Source: Aggregatilineales bacterium (GTDB lineage: Bacteria; Chloroflexota; Anaerolineae; Aggregatilineales; Ch27). From it: DNA of 64,000 nt. Location: assembly GCA_029976005.1 (NCBI GenBank), contig JARKOQ010000172.1:2254-66253 (forward strand), read 5' to 3'. Both the position numbers and the translations under genes were made by a program. This document shows, piece after piece, positions 30,932 through 41,081 of the stretch. The notes beneath the pieces are model-generated. The model searched no databases, was not told the origin of the DNA, and saw only the letters and a program-made list of their open reading frames with translations. The first letter of the stretch is position 1. The number at the start of each line of letters is the position of its first letter.

Positions 30932-32293
30932 TCAGACCTGGCTGAAATGCTCGATCAGGCTGGCCGTGAAGCGCAGGCTGGTGAAATAGTCGCGTTCCAG
31001 GATGTTCTCGTTGGGCGAATGGGCGCGGGTATCCGGGTGCCAGGTTGCGCCGGCCGAGATGACCGGGATGTTCAGCATGACGCTCAGCGGATACATGGGG
31101 CCGCTGCCCGCGAACCAGGGATACAGCACCGGCGTCTGGTTCCAGGTGTCCAGGCTGGCCTCGATGGCCGCGGTGCGCAGGGGCGACTCGATCGGGCTGC
31201 GGGCCGGTTTTTCCCCGCTGAGGCGCGTGATCTGAACGTCGGTGAATCCGCGCGCGTCCAGGTGACGGCGAAGGAGGTCTTCCACCAGGTCCGGGGTGAG
31301 GTCGGGCACCAGGCGAAAGTCCAGTTTGGCGCTGGCGACTGCGGGCAGGACGGTTTTGGTGCCGTTGCCCTGATAACCGCTGGTCAGGCCGCAGATCGTG
31401 GCCGTGGGAATTTCGTACAGGCGGCGCAGCGCGGCCCGATCATCCAGGTCGTTCAGGAAGCGGGCCAGCCCATAGTTGTGCTTGAACTGCTCGGCCTCGA
31501 AGGGCAGGGCCTCGATCCGCTGGATTTCGAGCGGGGTGAGCGGGCGGACGTGCGCGTTGAACCCATCGATCGTGATTTCGTCCTGGGTGTTCTTGAGGGT
31601 GCTCAGGGCCTGAACGAGCCGCCAGGCGGGATTGGTGACGATGGGCGCGTTGGCCGAATGCATGTCCACGGCCGGGCCTTGAACGCGCAGTTCGAAGTAG
31701 GCGATGCCCTTGCAGCCGGCCGCCATCGTGATCCGGCCGGCCTCGTCGTAACCGCCGCCTTCCCAAAGGATGCCATCCGCGCCCAGCATGTCGGCCTGTT
31801 CCCGGACCCAATCCTCGAGGTGGACGCTGCCGATCTCCTCCTCGCCTTCGATCACCCACTTGATCTTCAGGGGGAGGTCGCCGCGCGTCGCCAGCCAGGC
31901 TTCCACCGCCTGGATGCGCGAGAGCAGCTCGCCTTTGTCATCGGAAACGCCGCGGCCGAACAGCTTGCCGTCCTGACGGGTCAATGTGAAGGGATCGGTT
32001 GTCCACAGCGCGAGCGGGTCTTCCGGCTGGACGTCGTAGTGGTTGTAGATCATCAGGGTGCGCGGGCCGGAGCCGATCTCGGCATAGACGACCGGGCTGC
32101 CGCCATCGGGCAGGGGATACTGGCGAACGACCGCGCCGAGCTTGCGGAAGCGTTTGGTCAGGAGATCGGCCATTTCCTTGATGCCGCGTTTCTGGGCCGC
32201 CACGCTGGGCACGGCGATGAACTCCCCGAATTCTTTCAGGAATTTGTCCTGATTGGCATTGACGTAGACGTCGAAACGTTCGGAATGGGGCAT
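30932..32293 (-). CDS. M20 family metallopeptidase/deacylase (ArgE/DapE-like dipeptidase)
   Basis: YNHYDVQP, GRGVSDDKG, EGEEEIGS, HSPNEN. Confidence 0.92.
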   Translation of the reverse strand: MPHSERFDVYVNANQDKFLKEFGEFIAVPSVAAQKRGIKEMADLLTKRFRKLGAVVRQYPLPDGGSPVVYAEIGSGPRTLMIYNHYDVQPEDPLALWTTDPFTLTRQDGKLFGRGVSDDKGELLSRIQAVEAWLATRGDLPLKIKWVIEGEEEIGSVHLEDWVREQADMLGADGILWEGGGYDEAGRITMAAGCKGIAYFELRVQGPAVDMHSANAPIVTNPAWRLVQALSTLKNTQDEITIDGFNAHVRPLTPLEIQRIEALPFEAEQFKHNYGLARFLNDLDDRAALRRLYEIPTATICGLTSGYQGNGTKTVLPAVASAKLDFRLVPDLTPDLVEDLLRRHLDARGFTDVQITRLSGEKPARSPIESPLRTAAIEASLDTWNQTPVLYPWFAGSGPMYPLSVMLNIPVISAGATWHPDTRAHSPNENILERDYFTSLRFTASLIEHFSQV

Positions 32294-32387
32294 GGCAGAC
32301 TCCTCGACGGGCACGGCGCGATCGGGCCGGGGGAAGGCAATGGCGGGGATTGTAAGCAGGTCAGGTCAAAGCGGCAACAAGACCGGC

Positions 32388-33113
32388 TCACGGCTCGCAG
32401 GGAGGCCAGACCTGGCGCGGCGTCATGTCCAGATAGTCGCAGGCAACCAGGTGGTAGCGCGTGCCATCGCGCAGCCCGTGAGCGGCCACGCGCCATTCGT
32501 GGCTGAAGTGCAGGTGTCCGTAGACGCATACGTCCGGCGCGGAGGCCTGAATCCGCTCCGAAAAGCCGGAGGGCTGGCCGTCGGACGTGAAGGGGGGGTA
32601 GTGCATCAGGAGGATGACGGGCTGGCCGTTGGTGCGCAGCGTCTGGGCCTCGCTGAGGGCCTGCGAGAGCCATTTCAATTCCCGCTGGTAGCTGCTGAAT
32701 TTGCGCGTTTCGTAGTAGGGGTCGTTGGGGGCGATGTGGCCCATCGTCCCGCACAGGATGACCCCGTCCAGGGCCAGACTGGTGCCCTGGATGGCGGAAA
32801 TGCCGTCCGGCAGGATTTCCTGCACCTGGCCCAGCTTCTTCCACCAGTAATCGTGGTTGCCGCGCACGAGGACCTTACGGCCCGGCAGCGCGGCGATCCA
32901 TTCCAGGTCGAGCCGGACGTTGCGCGGGTTGTGCGCCCAGCTCAAATCCCCCGGAAGCAGCACGATGTCGTCCTTCGCGACGCGCGACATCCACGCCGCC
33001 CGAATGCGTTCGGCGTGATTGATCCACTTGGGGCCAAACTGGCTCTGGTCCTTGGGGGCGCCAAAACTCAGATGGGTATCGGAAATCGCCCAGACGATGG
33101 GAGTCACCTTCAT
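32388..33113 (-). CDS. Calcineurin-like metallophosphoesterase (DR1119-like)
   Basis: AISDTHL, PGDLSWA, RGNHDYWW, HYPP, YGHLH. Confidence 0.88.
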   Translation of the reverse strand: MKVTPIVWAISDTHLSFGAPKDQSQFGPKWINHAERIRAAWMSRVAKDDIVLLPGDLSWAHNPRNVRLDLEWIAALPGRKVLVRGNHDYWWKKLGQVQEILPDGISAIQGTSLALDGVILCGTMGHIAPNDPYYETRKFSSYQRELKWLSQALSEAQTLRTNGQPVILLMHYPPFTSDGQPSGFSERIQASAPDVCVYGHLHFSHEWRVAAHGLRDGTRYHLVACDYLDMTPRQVWPPCEP

Positions 33114-33168
33114 CCAGCCCGCAAAGTCAACCGGCAGCGGCGGCGGCCGCTCCTGCTAGCGCGCCGGA

Positions 33169-33498
33169 CTATCCGGCGCTGAAGATTTCGTTGATAAAGG
33201 CATTCGCTTCGAGAATGGCAAACTCCTGCTCGGTCAGGCTGGTGTAGCTGCGACCGATCAGGGTTTGACCCCGTTCTCGCACGGCAGCCACGACGCGTGA
33301 CAGATCGTACGTGGCCCACAGATCGAGCATCCCGTTCTGGTAGCGGATCAGGACGGTCACGGCTTCCCAGAGCCGTTGCCAGTTTTCCTCGTGAAACACG
33401 TTATCTCGTTCCAGACAGGCCAGGAATCCTTCCGGCGCTTCGGTCTCGAAAAAAATCCGGTCGGAGGCTTCCTGCATTTCGATCGTCTCGCGAGTCAT
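33169..33498 (-). CDS. Small acidic hypothetical protein
   Basis: 109-aa ORF in co-directional gene string downstream of tkt. Confidence 0.6.
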   Translation of the reverse strand: MTRETIEMQEASDRIFFETEAPEGFLACLERDNVFHEENWQRLWEAVTVLIRYQNGMLDLWATYDLSRVVAAVRERGQTLIGRSYTSLTEQEFAILEANAFINEIFSAG

Positions 33499-33534
33499 GG
33501 CTGCCGTGCTACGGGTCCTTTGATAGGGCAGGCG

Positions 33535-35532
33535 CTATTTGCCGAGCAGCTTGTGCGCGGCTTCGAGGACTGCCTTGGTCGAAAAGCCGAACTTCTCGTA
33601 GAGTACCTTTATGGGCGCGGACGCGCCAAAGCGGTCGATGCCGATGATGATTCCCTCGTCACCCACCCAGTGATTCCAGCCGAAGCTCACCCCGGCCTCG
33701 ATACTGATGCGCTTCTTGACCGCCGGGGGCAGGATTTGATTGCGGTATTCCACCGGCTGGCGCGCGAACAGGGTGTCGCTGGGCATGCTCACCATGCGCA
33801 CGGCCACGCCTTCCTCGGCGAGCTGGCGCGCGGCGGCAAGGCCGAACTCGACCTCGCTGCCGGTCCCGATGATGATCAGTTCCGGGTTGGGGGCCGATTC
33901 GAACAGGATGTACGCACCCTTGCTGACATCCCCGACCATTTCCGGGGGCAGAATCGGGGTACCCTGGCGCGTCAGGGCGAGCACCACCGGGCCGTCGCTG
34001 GTCATGGCGGTCTTCCAGGCGGCGACCGTCTCGTTGGCTTCGGCCGGGCGGATCACGGTCAGGTTGGGGATGACCCGCAGGGCGGCCAGATGCTCTACCG
34101 GCTGATGGGTGGGGCCATCCTCGCCCAGGGCGATGCTGTCGTGCGTGAAGATGTACACGGTGCGCAGGTTCATCAGCGCGCCGAGGCGGATGGCCGGGCG
34201 CATGTAGTCGCTGAAGGTCATGAACGTGGCGGTATAGGGTTTGATGATCCCGCCGTGGAGGGCCATGCCGTTGACCATCGCGCCCATCGCGTGCTCGCGC
34301 ACGCCAAACCGGATATTGCGGGCGGCGTAATCGCCCTTGCGGAAGTTGCCCTCGCCCTTGAGCGAGGTATTGGTGCTGGGAGCCAGGTCGGCATCGCCGC
34401 CAAACATGGTCGGCACGTGGGCCGCGATCGCGTTCAGGATCTTGCCGCCGGCGACGCGGGTCGCGACGGGTTTGTCCGTGGCGGCGTAAGTGGGCAGCTC
34501 GGCATCCCAGCCGTTGGGCAGTTCGCCCGCCAGGGCGTGGGCGAACTCCGCGTAGAGTTCGGGGAAGGCGGTTTCGTAGGCGCGCAGACGCTCATCCCAC
34601 AAGCGCTGAGTCTCGCGGCCATGCTCGACCGCCAGCCGCATGTGCTGCTTGGCTTCGTCCGGCACGTAGAATGCCGGTTCGACCGGCCAGCCCAGGGCCT
34701 CCTTGGTCAGGCGGACTTCCTCTTCCCCCAGGGGGGAGCCGTGCGCTTCGTGGGTATTGGCTTTGTTCGGGCTGCCGTAGCCCAGGATGGTGCGCACGCT
34801 GATGATTGATGGCCGGTCGGCCACGGCCTTGGCTTCGGTGATCGCCGCCTCGATGGCTGCGATGTCGTTCCCGTCGGCGACTTCGACCACGTGCCAGCCG
34901 TAGGCCGTGAAGCGCATCGGGACGTTTTCGGTGAAGCTGTCGCTGGTGGGGCCGGAGAGGCTGATCAGGTTGTTGTCGTACAACACGATCAGTTTGCCCA
35001 GGCCCAGGTGACCAGCCAGCGAAGCTGCTTCGTGGCTGATGCCTTCCATCAGGTCACCGTCGGAGGCCAGAACGTAGGTGTAATGGTCGATGATGGTGTG
35101 GCCGGGGCGGTTGAACCTGGCGGCCAGGAAGGCCTCCGCGGCGGCCATGCCGACGCCGGTTGCCAACCCCTGGCCCAGCGGGCCGGTGGTGGTCTCCACG
35201 CCGGGGGTCTCGCCGTATTCCGGATGGCCGGGGGTCGGGCTGCCCCATTGGCGGAAGCTCTTGAGATCGTCCAGCGTGACCCCGTACCCGGTCAGGTAGA
35301 GCAGGCTGTAGAGAAGCATGCTGCCGTGGCCGGCCGACAGGATGAACCGGTCGCGGTCAGGCCACTCGGGGTTGGTTGGGTTGTGCTTGAGAAAGCGAGT
35401 CCACAGGGTATAGGCCATCGGCGCGGCCCCCATCGGGAGGCCGGGATGGCCGCTGTTGGCCTTCTGCACCCCGTCGATGGCCAGGGTGCGAATGGTGTTG
35501 ATACAGAGTTGATCGAGATTGGGTGTGGTCAC
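33535..35532 (-). CDS. tkt: Transketolase
   Basis: [58 protein letters not shown]; GTG start. Confidence 0.97.
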   Translation of the reverse strand: MTTPNLDQLCINTIRTLAIDGVQKANSGHPGLPMGAAPMAYTLWTRFLKHNPTNPEWPDRDRFILSAGHGSMLLYSLLYLTGYGVTLDDLKSFRQWGSPTPGHPEYGETPGVETTTGPLGQGLATGVGMAAAEAFLAARFNRPGHTIIDHYTYVLASDGDLMEGISHEAASLAGHLGLGKLIVLYDNNLISLSGPTSDSFTENVPMRFTAYGWHVVEVADGNDIAAIEAAITEAKAVADRPSIISVRTILGYGSPNKANTHEAHGSPLGEEEVRLTKEALGWPVEPAFYVPDEAKQHMRLAVEHGRETQRLWDERLRAYETAFPELYAEFAHALAGELPNGWDAELPTYAATDKPVATRVAGGKILNAIAAHVPTMFGGDADLAPSTNTSLKGEGNFRKGDYAARNIRFGVREHAMGAMVNGMALHGGIIKPYTATFMTFSDYMRPAIRLGALMNLRTVYIFTHDSIALGEDGPTHQPVEHLAALRVIPNLTVIRPAEANETVAAWKTAMTSDGPVVLALTRQGTPILPPEMVGDVSKGAYILFESAPNPELIIIGTGSEVEFGLAAARQLAEEGVAVRMVSMPSDTLFARQPVEYRNQILPPAVKKRISIEAGVSFGWNHWVGDEGIIIGIDRFGASAPIKVLYEKFGFSTKAVLEAAHKLLGK

Positions 35533-35646
35533 AGAGTGTTACTCCTTCGGTGGCCTTCCGGTCAACCGGAATCAAGTCGGGGCAATTATAGCGCATGCTT
35601 GACTGTTGGCGGACGATCAGAATTCAATTCACCGGCCCACCGCCGC

Positions 35647-36882
35647 TCACGGCGATCGATCCGGTGGGTCGGCGAGCGAGGTCGGGCCGGGGGCCAGCGA
35701 GTCCGGCCGAGTCGGCGTCAGCGGCGCGGCGGGCGTCAGCCCCGTGGGAGCGAGGGCTGCTCTGGCCCGGAGCGCGAGAAGCTCGTCTTCGATCACTTCA
35801 TCCGGGTGGCGCGCCAGCGTGGCGGTGACCATGCCCACGAAGCCCAGGCCGAGCATGATTGCCGCCAGAACCAGCACGGGCAGGGTCAGCTCTCCCAGCA
35901 AGGAGCGCACGATCCCTTCCAGAATCAGGCCAGCGTAACTCGTCTCGCCGGACGGTGCGGCTCCAAAGAATCCACCGGGGCCGGAGCGTTCCTGAAGTGA
36001 CCCGATCGCGCTGGGCAGTAGCAGCGGCGAGAGGAGCAGGGGGATGGGCAGCGCCGTGAATACCCCGCTCACGATCAGGGCCAACCCGCTCCAGCGGCCG
36101 AACGATTTGAGGGAGCGCACGGTGAAGAACACGACCAGGGAGAGCAGCGCGGCCGGGATGAGGACCAGCTCCAGGGTCATCGCCCTGGAGACATGCACGA
36201 CCTGCTGAAGCTGAGTCAGCTCCGCGCGAGTCTGGTTGTCGTCGAGCCAGCCCGGCTCCGGCGATACATCGGGCAGAGTGCTGGCGGCCTGGCTCAGGGC
36301 CTGGCTGAGCGCCTGGCTGACGAAGGCCAGATATTCCCCAGGCGGCTGGCAGAAGGGGAAGGGTTGACCGCTGTTGGCTTCGTACGCCGCCAGAACGGCG
36401 ACCTCTTCCTCGGTGCAGACCGGCCACGAAGCGATGATCTCGTTAACCGCGCGCTGGCCCGGTTCTCCCGACAGGCGCTCGCGGAGAGAGCCGGTATCGA
36501 AGGCCAGGGCGGGCGCGTCCGTGCGGCCGTTCAGCCAGTCAAAAAAGGCATCCAGGTTGGACTCGGCCTGCTGGCGCAGCCATTCCGCCGGAATCAGATT
36601 GGCCGCGATGCGCGCCCAGGCAGCCTCGTCCAGGTTGCGGACGATGTTGAGCAGGGTGAGCGCTTCGGGGTCGTGGATTTCGGTATGCACGTCGCTCTGG
36701 GCGACGGCAGGGAGCAGGGCGGGGATCAGGTCGGAATAGACGTCCTGGTTCCCCAGGGCGGTTTTGTACGTGTCGGCGCTCAGCAAAAGCTGGGAAGCGC
36801 CGAACGTCCACGCCGCGCAGGGCAATATGGCGACGAACAGCAGCGCCGCCAACAGAGCCATGAGCCGTCCCACAACGCGCAT
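35647..36882 (-). CDS. Hypothetical membrane protein
   Basis: N-terminal TM/signal, soluble domain with two Cys, three C-terminal TMs. Confidence 0.65.
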   Translation of the reverse strand: MRVVGRLMALLAALLFVAILPCAAWTFGASQLLLSADTYKTALGNQDVYSDLIPALLPAVAQSDVHTEIHDPEALTLLNIVRNLDEAAWARIAANLIPAEWLRQQAESNLDAFFDWLNGRTDAPALAFDTGSLRERLSGEPGQRAVNEIIASWPVCTEEEVAVLAAYEANSGQPFPFCQPPGEYLAFVSQALSQALSQAASTLPDVSPEPGWLDDNQTRAELTQLQQVVHVSRAMTLELVLIPAALLSLVVFFTVRSLKSFGRWSGLALIVSGVFTALPIPLLLSPLLLPSAIGSLQERSGPGGFFGAAPSGETSYAGLILEGIVRSLLGELTLPVLVLAAIMLGLGFVGMVTATLARHPDEVIEDELLALRARAALAPTGLTPAAPLTPTRPDSLAPGPTSLADPPDRSP

Positions 36883-36940
36883 TCCGTATCCTTCTGCCCG
36901 GTTCGGGTCAATGCCATCCGCCTGGATGGCGCGCCGTATT

Positions 36941-37432
36941 CTACCCCTGCTGCTGTTGTTCCCGCCATGCCTGGATATCCTCGGCATGGTCGCGCTCGTG
37001 CCACACGGCGATTTCGAGCACGAGGTAAGCCAGCGGCTCGCCTTCCATCCACTCGAAGGCTTCCGGGGCGCTCAGGGTGCGGTCGTCCAGGTCTTCGATG
37101 GCCTTGAGCAGGTGCTTGTGCACGCCGTGAAAATCCGGCAGCAGCTCCGCCAGGGGCTTGCGCGCATTGAGGTGGTACTGCTCCTCGTTCCATTCGTCGA
37201 TGTCTTCGATGTTCACGACCTCCGGCGCGTCCTTGTAACGGCTGGAGAGCTTGCGGCTCAGCGCGGTGATCAGCTCCGCTTCCCAGGCGATCAGGTGGGC
37301 CAGGATGTCCTTCACCGACCAGATGCCAGCCGCCCCCGGCTGCATCATCTGTTCCTCGGTCAGGCCGTCGATCGCGGCCTGCAGTTGCCCGCGCGCCTGC
37401 TGCAATTCTTCAATCAGGTCTTTTTTCTTCAC
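36941..37432 (-). CDS. DinB/ClbS-DfsB-like four-helix-bundle protein
   Basis: WSVKDILAHLIAWE and H...H motif (HERDH); GTG start at 37432. Confidence 0.82.
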   Translation of the reverse strand: MKKKDLIEELQQARGQLQAAIDGLTEEQMMQPGAAGIWSVKDILAHLIAWEAELITALSRKLSSRYKDAPEVVNIEDIDEWNEEQYHLNARKPLAELLPDFHGVHKHLLKAIEDLDDRTLSAPEAFEWMEGEPLAYLVLEIAVWHERDHAEDIQAWREQQQQG

Positions 37433-37487
37433 GGCGCCTCTCGTCGCGGGGCGGGCCGGTCGGGACCGCCCGTGTGTACAGGTATAC

Positions 37488-38129
37488 TCAGGCAAAGATG
37501 CCGGTCAGCCACGTCCAGGACAGCGCTCCCGCCCATGCCAGCAGCGTCGCCTGGATGGTTTTTCCGGCCGTGGCCGCGAGCAGATACTTCCACCAGGGCA
37601 TGTGCGATGCCCCGGCCAGGATGCCGGCCATGTCAAAGACCGGGTTGGGCACGATCGCCAGGACGAAGATGACCCAGGGGCCGAAGCGATCCATCCAGCC
37701 GTCGAACCGCCGGTAAAGGGCCGTGTTCTCCAGGGGAGTCGCCCCGCCATACCCGGCCAGGTAACCCGTCAGCTCGCCGAGGGCCGCTCCCGGCCCGGCG
37801 CACAGGCCGACCAGCCAGGGGTTGAGTGTGCTGCCCATCGCGATGACGAACACCAGGCCCGGCACGGGAAAAACGACGGTGGCGTTGCCCGCCAGCATGA
37901 TCAGGAACGCGCCCAGATAACCCAGGGCCTGAAGCTCCTGAATGCGATTGGAGAGTAGCAGGATGACGACCGTGACGAGCACGGCGAGCAGTAGAGCCGC
38001 CAGCCGGAGCCAGCCGGACATGGGGCGATTGGCCGGTTGGGGGGACTGGGCCTGGTCGAGTGTCCCCTGATCGGGTGAAGCCTGCTCCAGCAGAGTCTGT
38101 TCGGGTGAGATGGGTGATGGATCGGTCAT
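37488..38129 (-). CDS. VTT/DedA (SNARE-associated) membrane protein
   Basis: PVPG, GAALGELTGYLAGYGG, PNPVFDMAGILAG, GKTI. Confidence 0.85.
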   Translation of the reverse strand: MTDPSPISPEQTLLEQASPDQGTLDQAQSPQPANRPMSGWLRLAALLLAVLVTVVILLLSNRIQELQALGYLGAFLIMLAGNATVVFPVPGLVFVIAMGSTLNPWLVGLCAGPGAALGELTGYLAGYGGATPLENTALYRRFDGWMDRFGPWVIFVLAIVPNPVFDMAGILAGASHMPWWKYLLAATAGKTIQATLLAWAGALSWTWLTGIFA

Positions 38130-38232
38130 AGGTATGCTGTCCGGCGACGATTGCTCGGCGCTGATTATCTCATACGATGGGCGCGGGTGGGTAGGGTCGC
38201 TGGCGGATCAGTTTCTCCGGGCGCGATCCCCG

Positions 38233-38267
38233 GCACAACAACAAGTCCTGCCGGTAGGCAGGACTTG
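38233..38267 (-). terminator. Probable intrinsic terminator downstream of the DnaB-like gene
   Basis: CAAGTCCTGCC-TACC-GGCAGGACTTG followed by TTGTTGT on the minus strand. Confidence 0.7.
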
Positions 38268-38293
38268 AGGAACGACTGCGTCTGGCAGACAAG

Positions 38294-39493
38294 CTAGGCC
38301 TCGATCAGCTTGTCGTCGATGAGCTGCTGCTGCACCTTCTGGCCACGCGGATCGAAGGAGAAGAAAGGCGCGTAGAGCTGGAACTCCATGTCCAGCATCG
38401 CCCGGCCAGCGCGGTTCTTCTCGACCGTGAAGACGACCCAATCACGGTACTGCTTGGCCTTGTACGGGTTGAAGGCGACGTGATCCTTGCTCAGGATGTG
38501 GTACTTGTTGTTCATGATCACGGCGATGTCGCACTCGTAGTCGAGCGCGCTGGAGCCGCGCAGGTGGTACAGGTGCAGACGCGGACTGCGCAGCCCTTCC
38601 CGATCCGCCGCGACAATTGACCAGACGGGCACATCCAGGGCCAGGGCGATATCCTTGAGGCCCTCGACGATGATCGTGACCTTTTCGCCCTCGTCGGCAG
38701 CGCGCTCCGGATGGATGGCGACCTTCTGGAGGTAGTCCACGAAAACGGTGACATTGCCGCCGGTCGCGTCGCACAGGCGGGCGGTCATCTCGCGGATGGC
38801 GCGCAGGGTCGTGACGGCGGGACTGGCCTTGACCAGGATCAGCCGGTCGGCGTAGCGGTTCATCCGCGCCAGGGCCATGGTCGTGCTGCTGTTCTCCCGC
38901 AGAATGCGCTGGAGCGATCCGCCGCCGCTGTCGTGACTCAGCATGTTCCGGGCGCGCTGGCTGATGATGATGTTATACAGGTCCTTGAGCTTGAGGCCCT
39001 GATTCACGTCGATCTCTGGTGGATTGATGCTCTCCAGGCAGAGCAGCCGGTTCATCAGGTGGGTTTCCGTATGCTCGTAGGACAGGTAGAATGCGTACTG
39101 GTCCTTGCGCATGGCGATGTTGCGGGCGATCTGCAGGGTGGCAATGGTCTTGCCGATGCCCTGCGGCCCGCCGAGCAGAACCAGCTCCGTCTTGCGCAGT
39201 CCGCCTCCAATCAGCCCATCGAGCGGATCGAAACCGGTCGGCAGCGGCACGAAATCGGTCAGATCGCCACGCATCACCTGCTCGTTGGCGTCGTTCAGGA
39301 CCTGGGCCAGGGTGCGTGGCATATGCGCGAGGTTACGCGAACTGCCTCGCGGTGCGCGCGGCGGCGCGGCCGCGGGCGAGGCAGGCGGTGTGGAACCCGG
39401 CAGGGCTGTTTCGCGCGGCATTTCAGGAGGTGTCGAAACCGGCGGATTGGCTGGAGCGTCAGCCATATCGTCGTCGAAGCGTCTCGTGGCCAT
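38294..39493 (-). CDS. DnaB-like (SF4/RecA-fold) ATPase lacking the DnaB N-terminal domain
   Basis: PTGFDPLD.LIGGG, Walker A GPQGIGKT, YLSYE, Walker B VFVDYLQ, LRGSSALDYECD, EKNRAG. Confidence 0.8.
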   Translation of the reverse strand: MATRRFDDDMADAPANPPVSTPPEMPRETALPGSTPPASPAAAPPRAPRGSSRNLAHMPRTLAQVLNDANEQVMRGDLTDFVPLPTGFDPLDGLIGGGLRKTELVLLGGPQGIGKTIATLQIARNIAMRKDQYAFYLSYEHTETHLMNRLLCLESINPPEIDVNQGLKLKDLYNIIISQRARNMLSHDSGGGSLQRILRENSSTTMALARMNRYADRLILVKASPAVTTLRAIREMTARLCDATGGNVTVFVDYLQKVAIHPERAADEGEKVTIIVEGLKDIALALDVPVWSIVAADREGLRSPRLHLYHLRGSSALDYECDIAVIMNNKYHILSKDHVAFNPYKAKQYRDWVVFTVEKNRAGRAMLDMEFQLYAPFFSFDPRGQKVQQQLIDDKLIEA

Positions 39494-39800
39494 GGAGAAA
39501 GCGCTTTCTGGCGTCTATTCTAAGTTGGCTGTTGGTGTCATTCTACATGGATGATTGCATGGGCGCAACCGCTCCAGTCGTACGCGGGGAACGAGAAATC
39601 GGAAACACTTACTGGCGCGACATTTTGCTGGCGGGTGGGTGGCCCGAGGGCTGAACCGGCTCCGGTCGGGGTGGAATGTCGGGAACACGACAGCCTATTT
39701 CAGCTTCATGAATTCATTCGGAAACTATAGAACACTTGTCTGAATTCTGAATCTAATTTATGCTTGGCGTAGATCGGGATGGGATGGGTAGGAGACAGGA

Positions 39801-41081
39801 TTGTCCGTGCGTTTCTTGCATATGGCGGATGTGCATCTAGGCAACCAGCAGTACAACCTGTCGGCTCGCTTCAATGACTTTGGCCGTGCTTTTCTGGACG
39901 CAGTTGATCTGGCGCTCGACCAGCGGGTCGACGCGGTGCTGATTGCCGGCGACCTGTTCCACAAGGCCACGGTCGAGCCTAAGACGCTGCTAATCGCCGA
40001 AGAAGGGCTGGCCCGGCTCCAGGCGAGGGGGATCGCTGCCCTGGCGGTGCATGGCAACCACGACCGGGCGCGCTATCTCGCCCAGGCTTCGTGGGTGGAC
40101 TACCTGGCGGAGCGCGGCCTGGTGCGGCTGCTCAGTCCGGTGTTTGTCGAAGGCGGCCTTCTGCTGGAGCCGGAGACCAGCTATATCGAGCTGGATGGGG
40201 TGCGCTTCGTGGGCGTGCCCTGGCTCGGCGCGGCGGCCCCGCGTGTCCTCAGGGAGGTTGCGGTGGCTTGCGCGGACCTCAACGCCAGCCGGCCCTGTTT
40301 CACCGTGCTGATCACGCACGGCGGGGTCGAGGGGCAGATGCCGCACATGCCCGGCGGGTTGACCTTCGCGGAACTGGAGCCGCTCAAGGGGATCGTCCAG
40401 TACCTGGCGCTTGGCCATCTCCACAAACCCTACTGCGTGGATGACTGGATTTACAATCCAGGGTCGCTGGAAACGTGCAGCTTTGATGAGGCGCAGTACG
40501 AGCGCGGCGTGTATCTGGTCGATGTCACGGGGCGCGAGACGCATATCGCCGAGCACCGGCGCACGGCGATGCGCCCCTTTTTCACGATCAACGTCCAGAC
40601 CGATCTGTGCCTGACTCCTGATGATCTGGTGGCGGCGGCGCGGGCGGAGATTGCCCAGGCCGCGCGTAAGATCAGGCCGGTCGTGGACCAGTGCTCCGAT
40701 CGTGAGCGCGCGCTGCCGGTTGTCCGGCTGGTTCTGCGCGGCAATCTGACTTTCGACCGGACGCGCCTGGAGGCGGATGTTTTGCACAGAATGATGCGCG
40801 ACGAAATCGAGGCGCTGCACAGCCGCGTCGAGAACCATACCAGCCCCCTCAAGACGAGCACCGTCAATACGGAAACCCTGGGCCGAAACGAGCTGGAAAA
40901 GGCCATCTTCGAGGACCAGGCGCGGGGCGACTCGCGTTTTGCAGGGCAGGCGGAAGCCTGGGGAAATCTGATGCAGGCGATGAAGGCCCTGGTTCTGGAT
41001 GGGGCCGACCCCGCGGCAGTCTATGACCTGCTGGACGGCCACATGGCCGCGCTGGAGGATGGCGGGCATGTGGATCACTAA
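39801..41081 (+). CDS. Mre11/SbcD nuclease
   Basis: HMADVHLG, AGDLF, GNHD, THGG, LGHLH, NPGS.E. Confidence 0.92.
   Translation: MSVRFLHMADVHLGNQQYNLSARFNDFGRAFLDAVDLALDQRVDAVLIAGDLFHKATVEPKTLLIAEEGLARLQARGIAALAVHGNHDRARYLAQASWVDYLAERGLVRLLSPVFVEGGLLLEPETSYIELDGVRFVGVPWLGAAAPRVLREVAVACADLNASRPCFTVLITHGGVEGQMPHMPGGLTFAELEPLKGIVQYLALGHLHKPYCVDDWIYNPGSLETCSFDEAQYERGVYLVDVTGRETHIAEHRRTAMRPFFTINVQTDLCLTPDDLVAAARAEIAQAARKIRPVVDQCSDRERALPVVRLVLRGNLTFDRTRLEADVLHRMMRDEIEALHSRVENHTSPLKTSTVNTETLGRNELEKAIFEDQARGDSRFAGQAEAWGNLMQAMKALVLDGADPAAVYDLLDGHMAALEDGGHVDH

Noticed and set aside
38294-39493. Prophage or ICE marked by a DnaB-like helicase
   Set aside because: No integrase, primase, structural genes, att repeats or compositional shift seen
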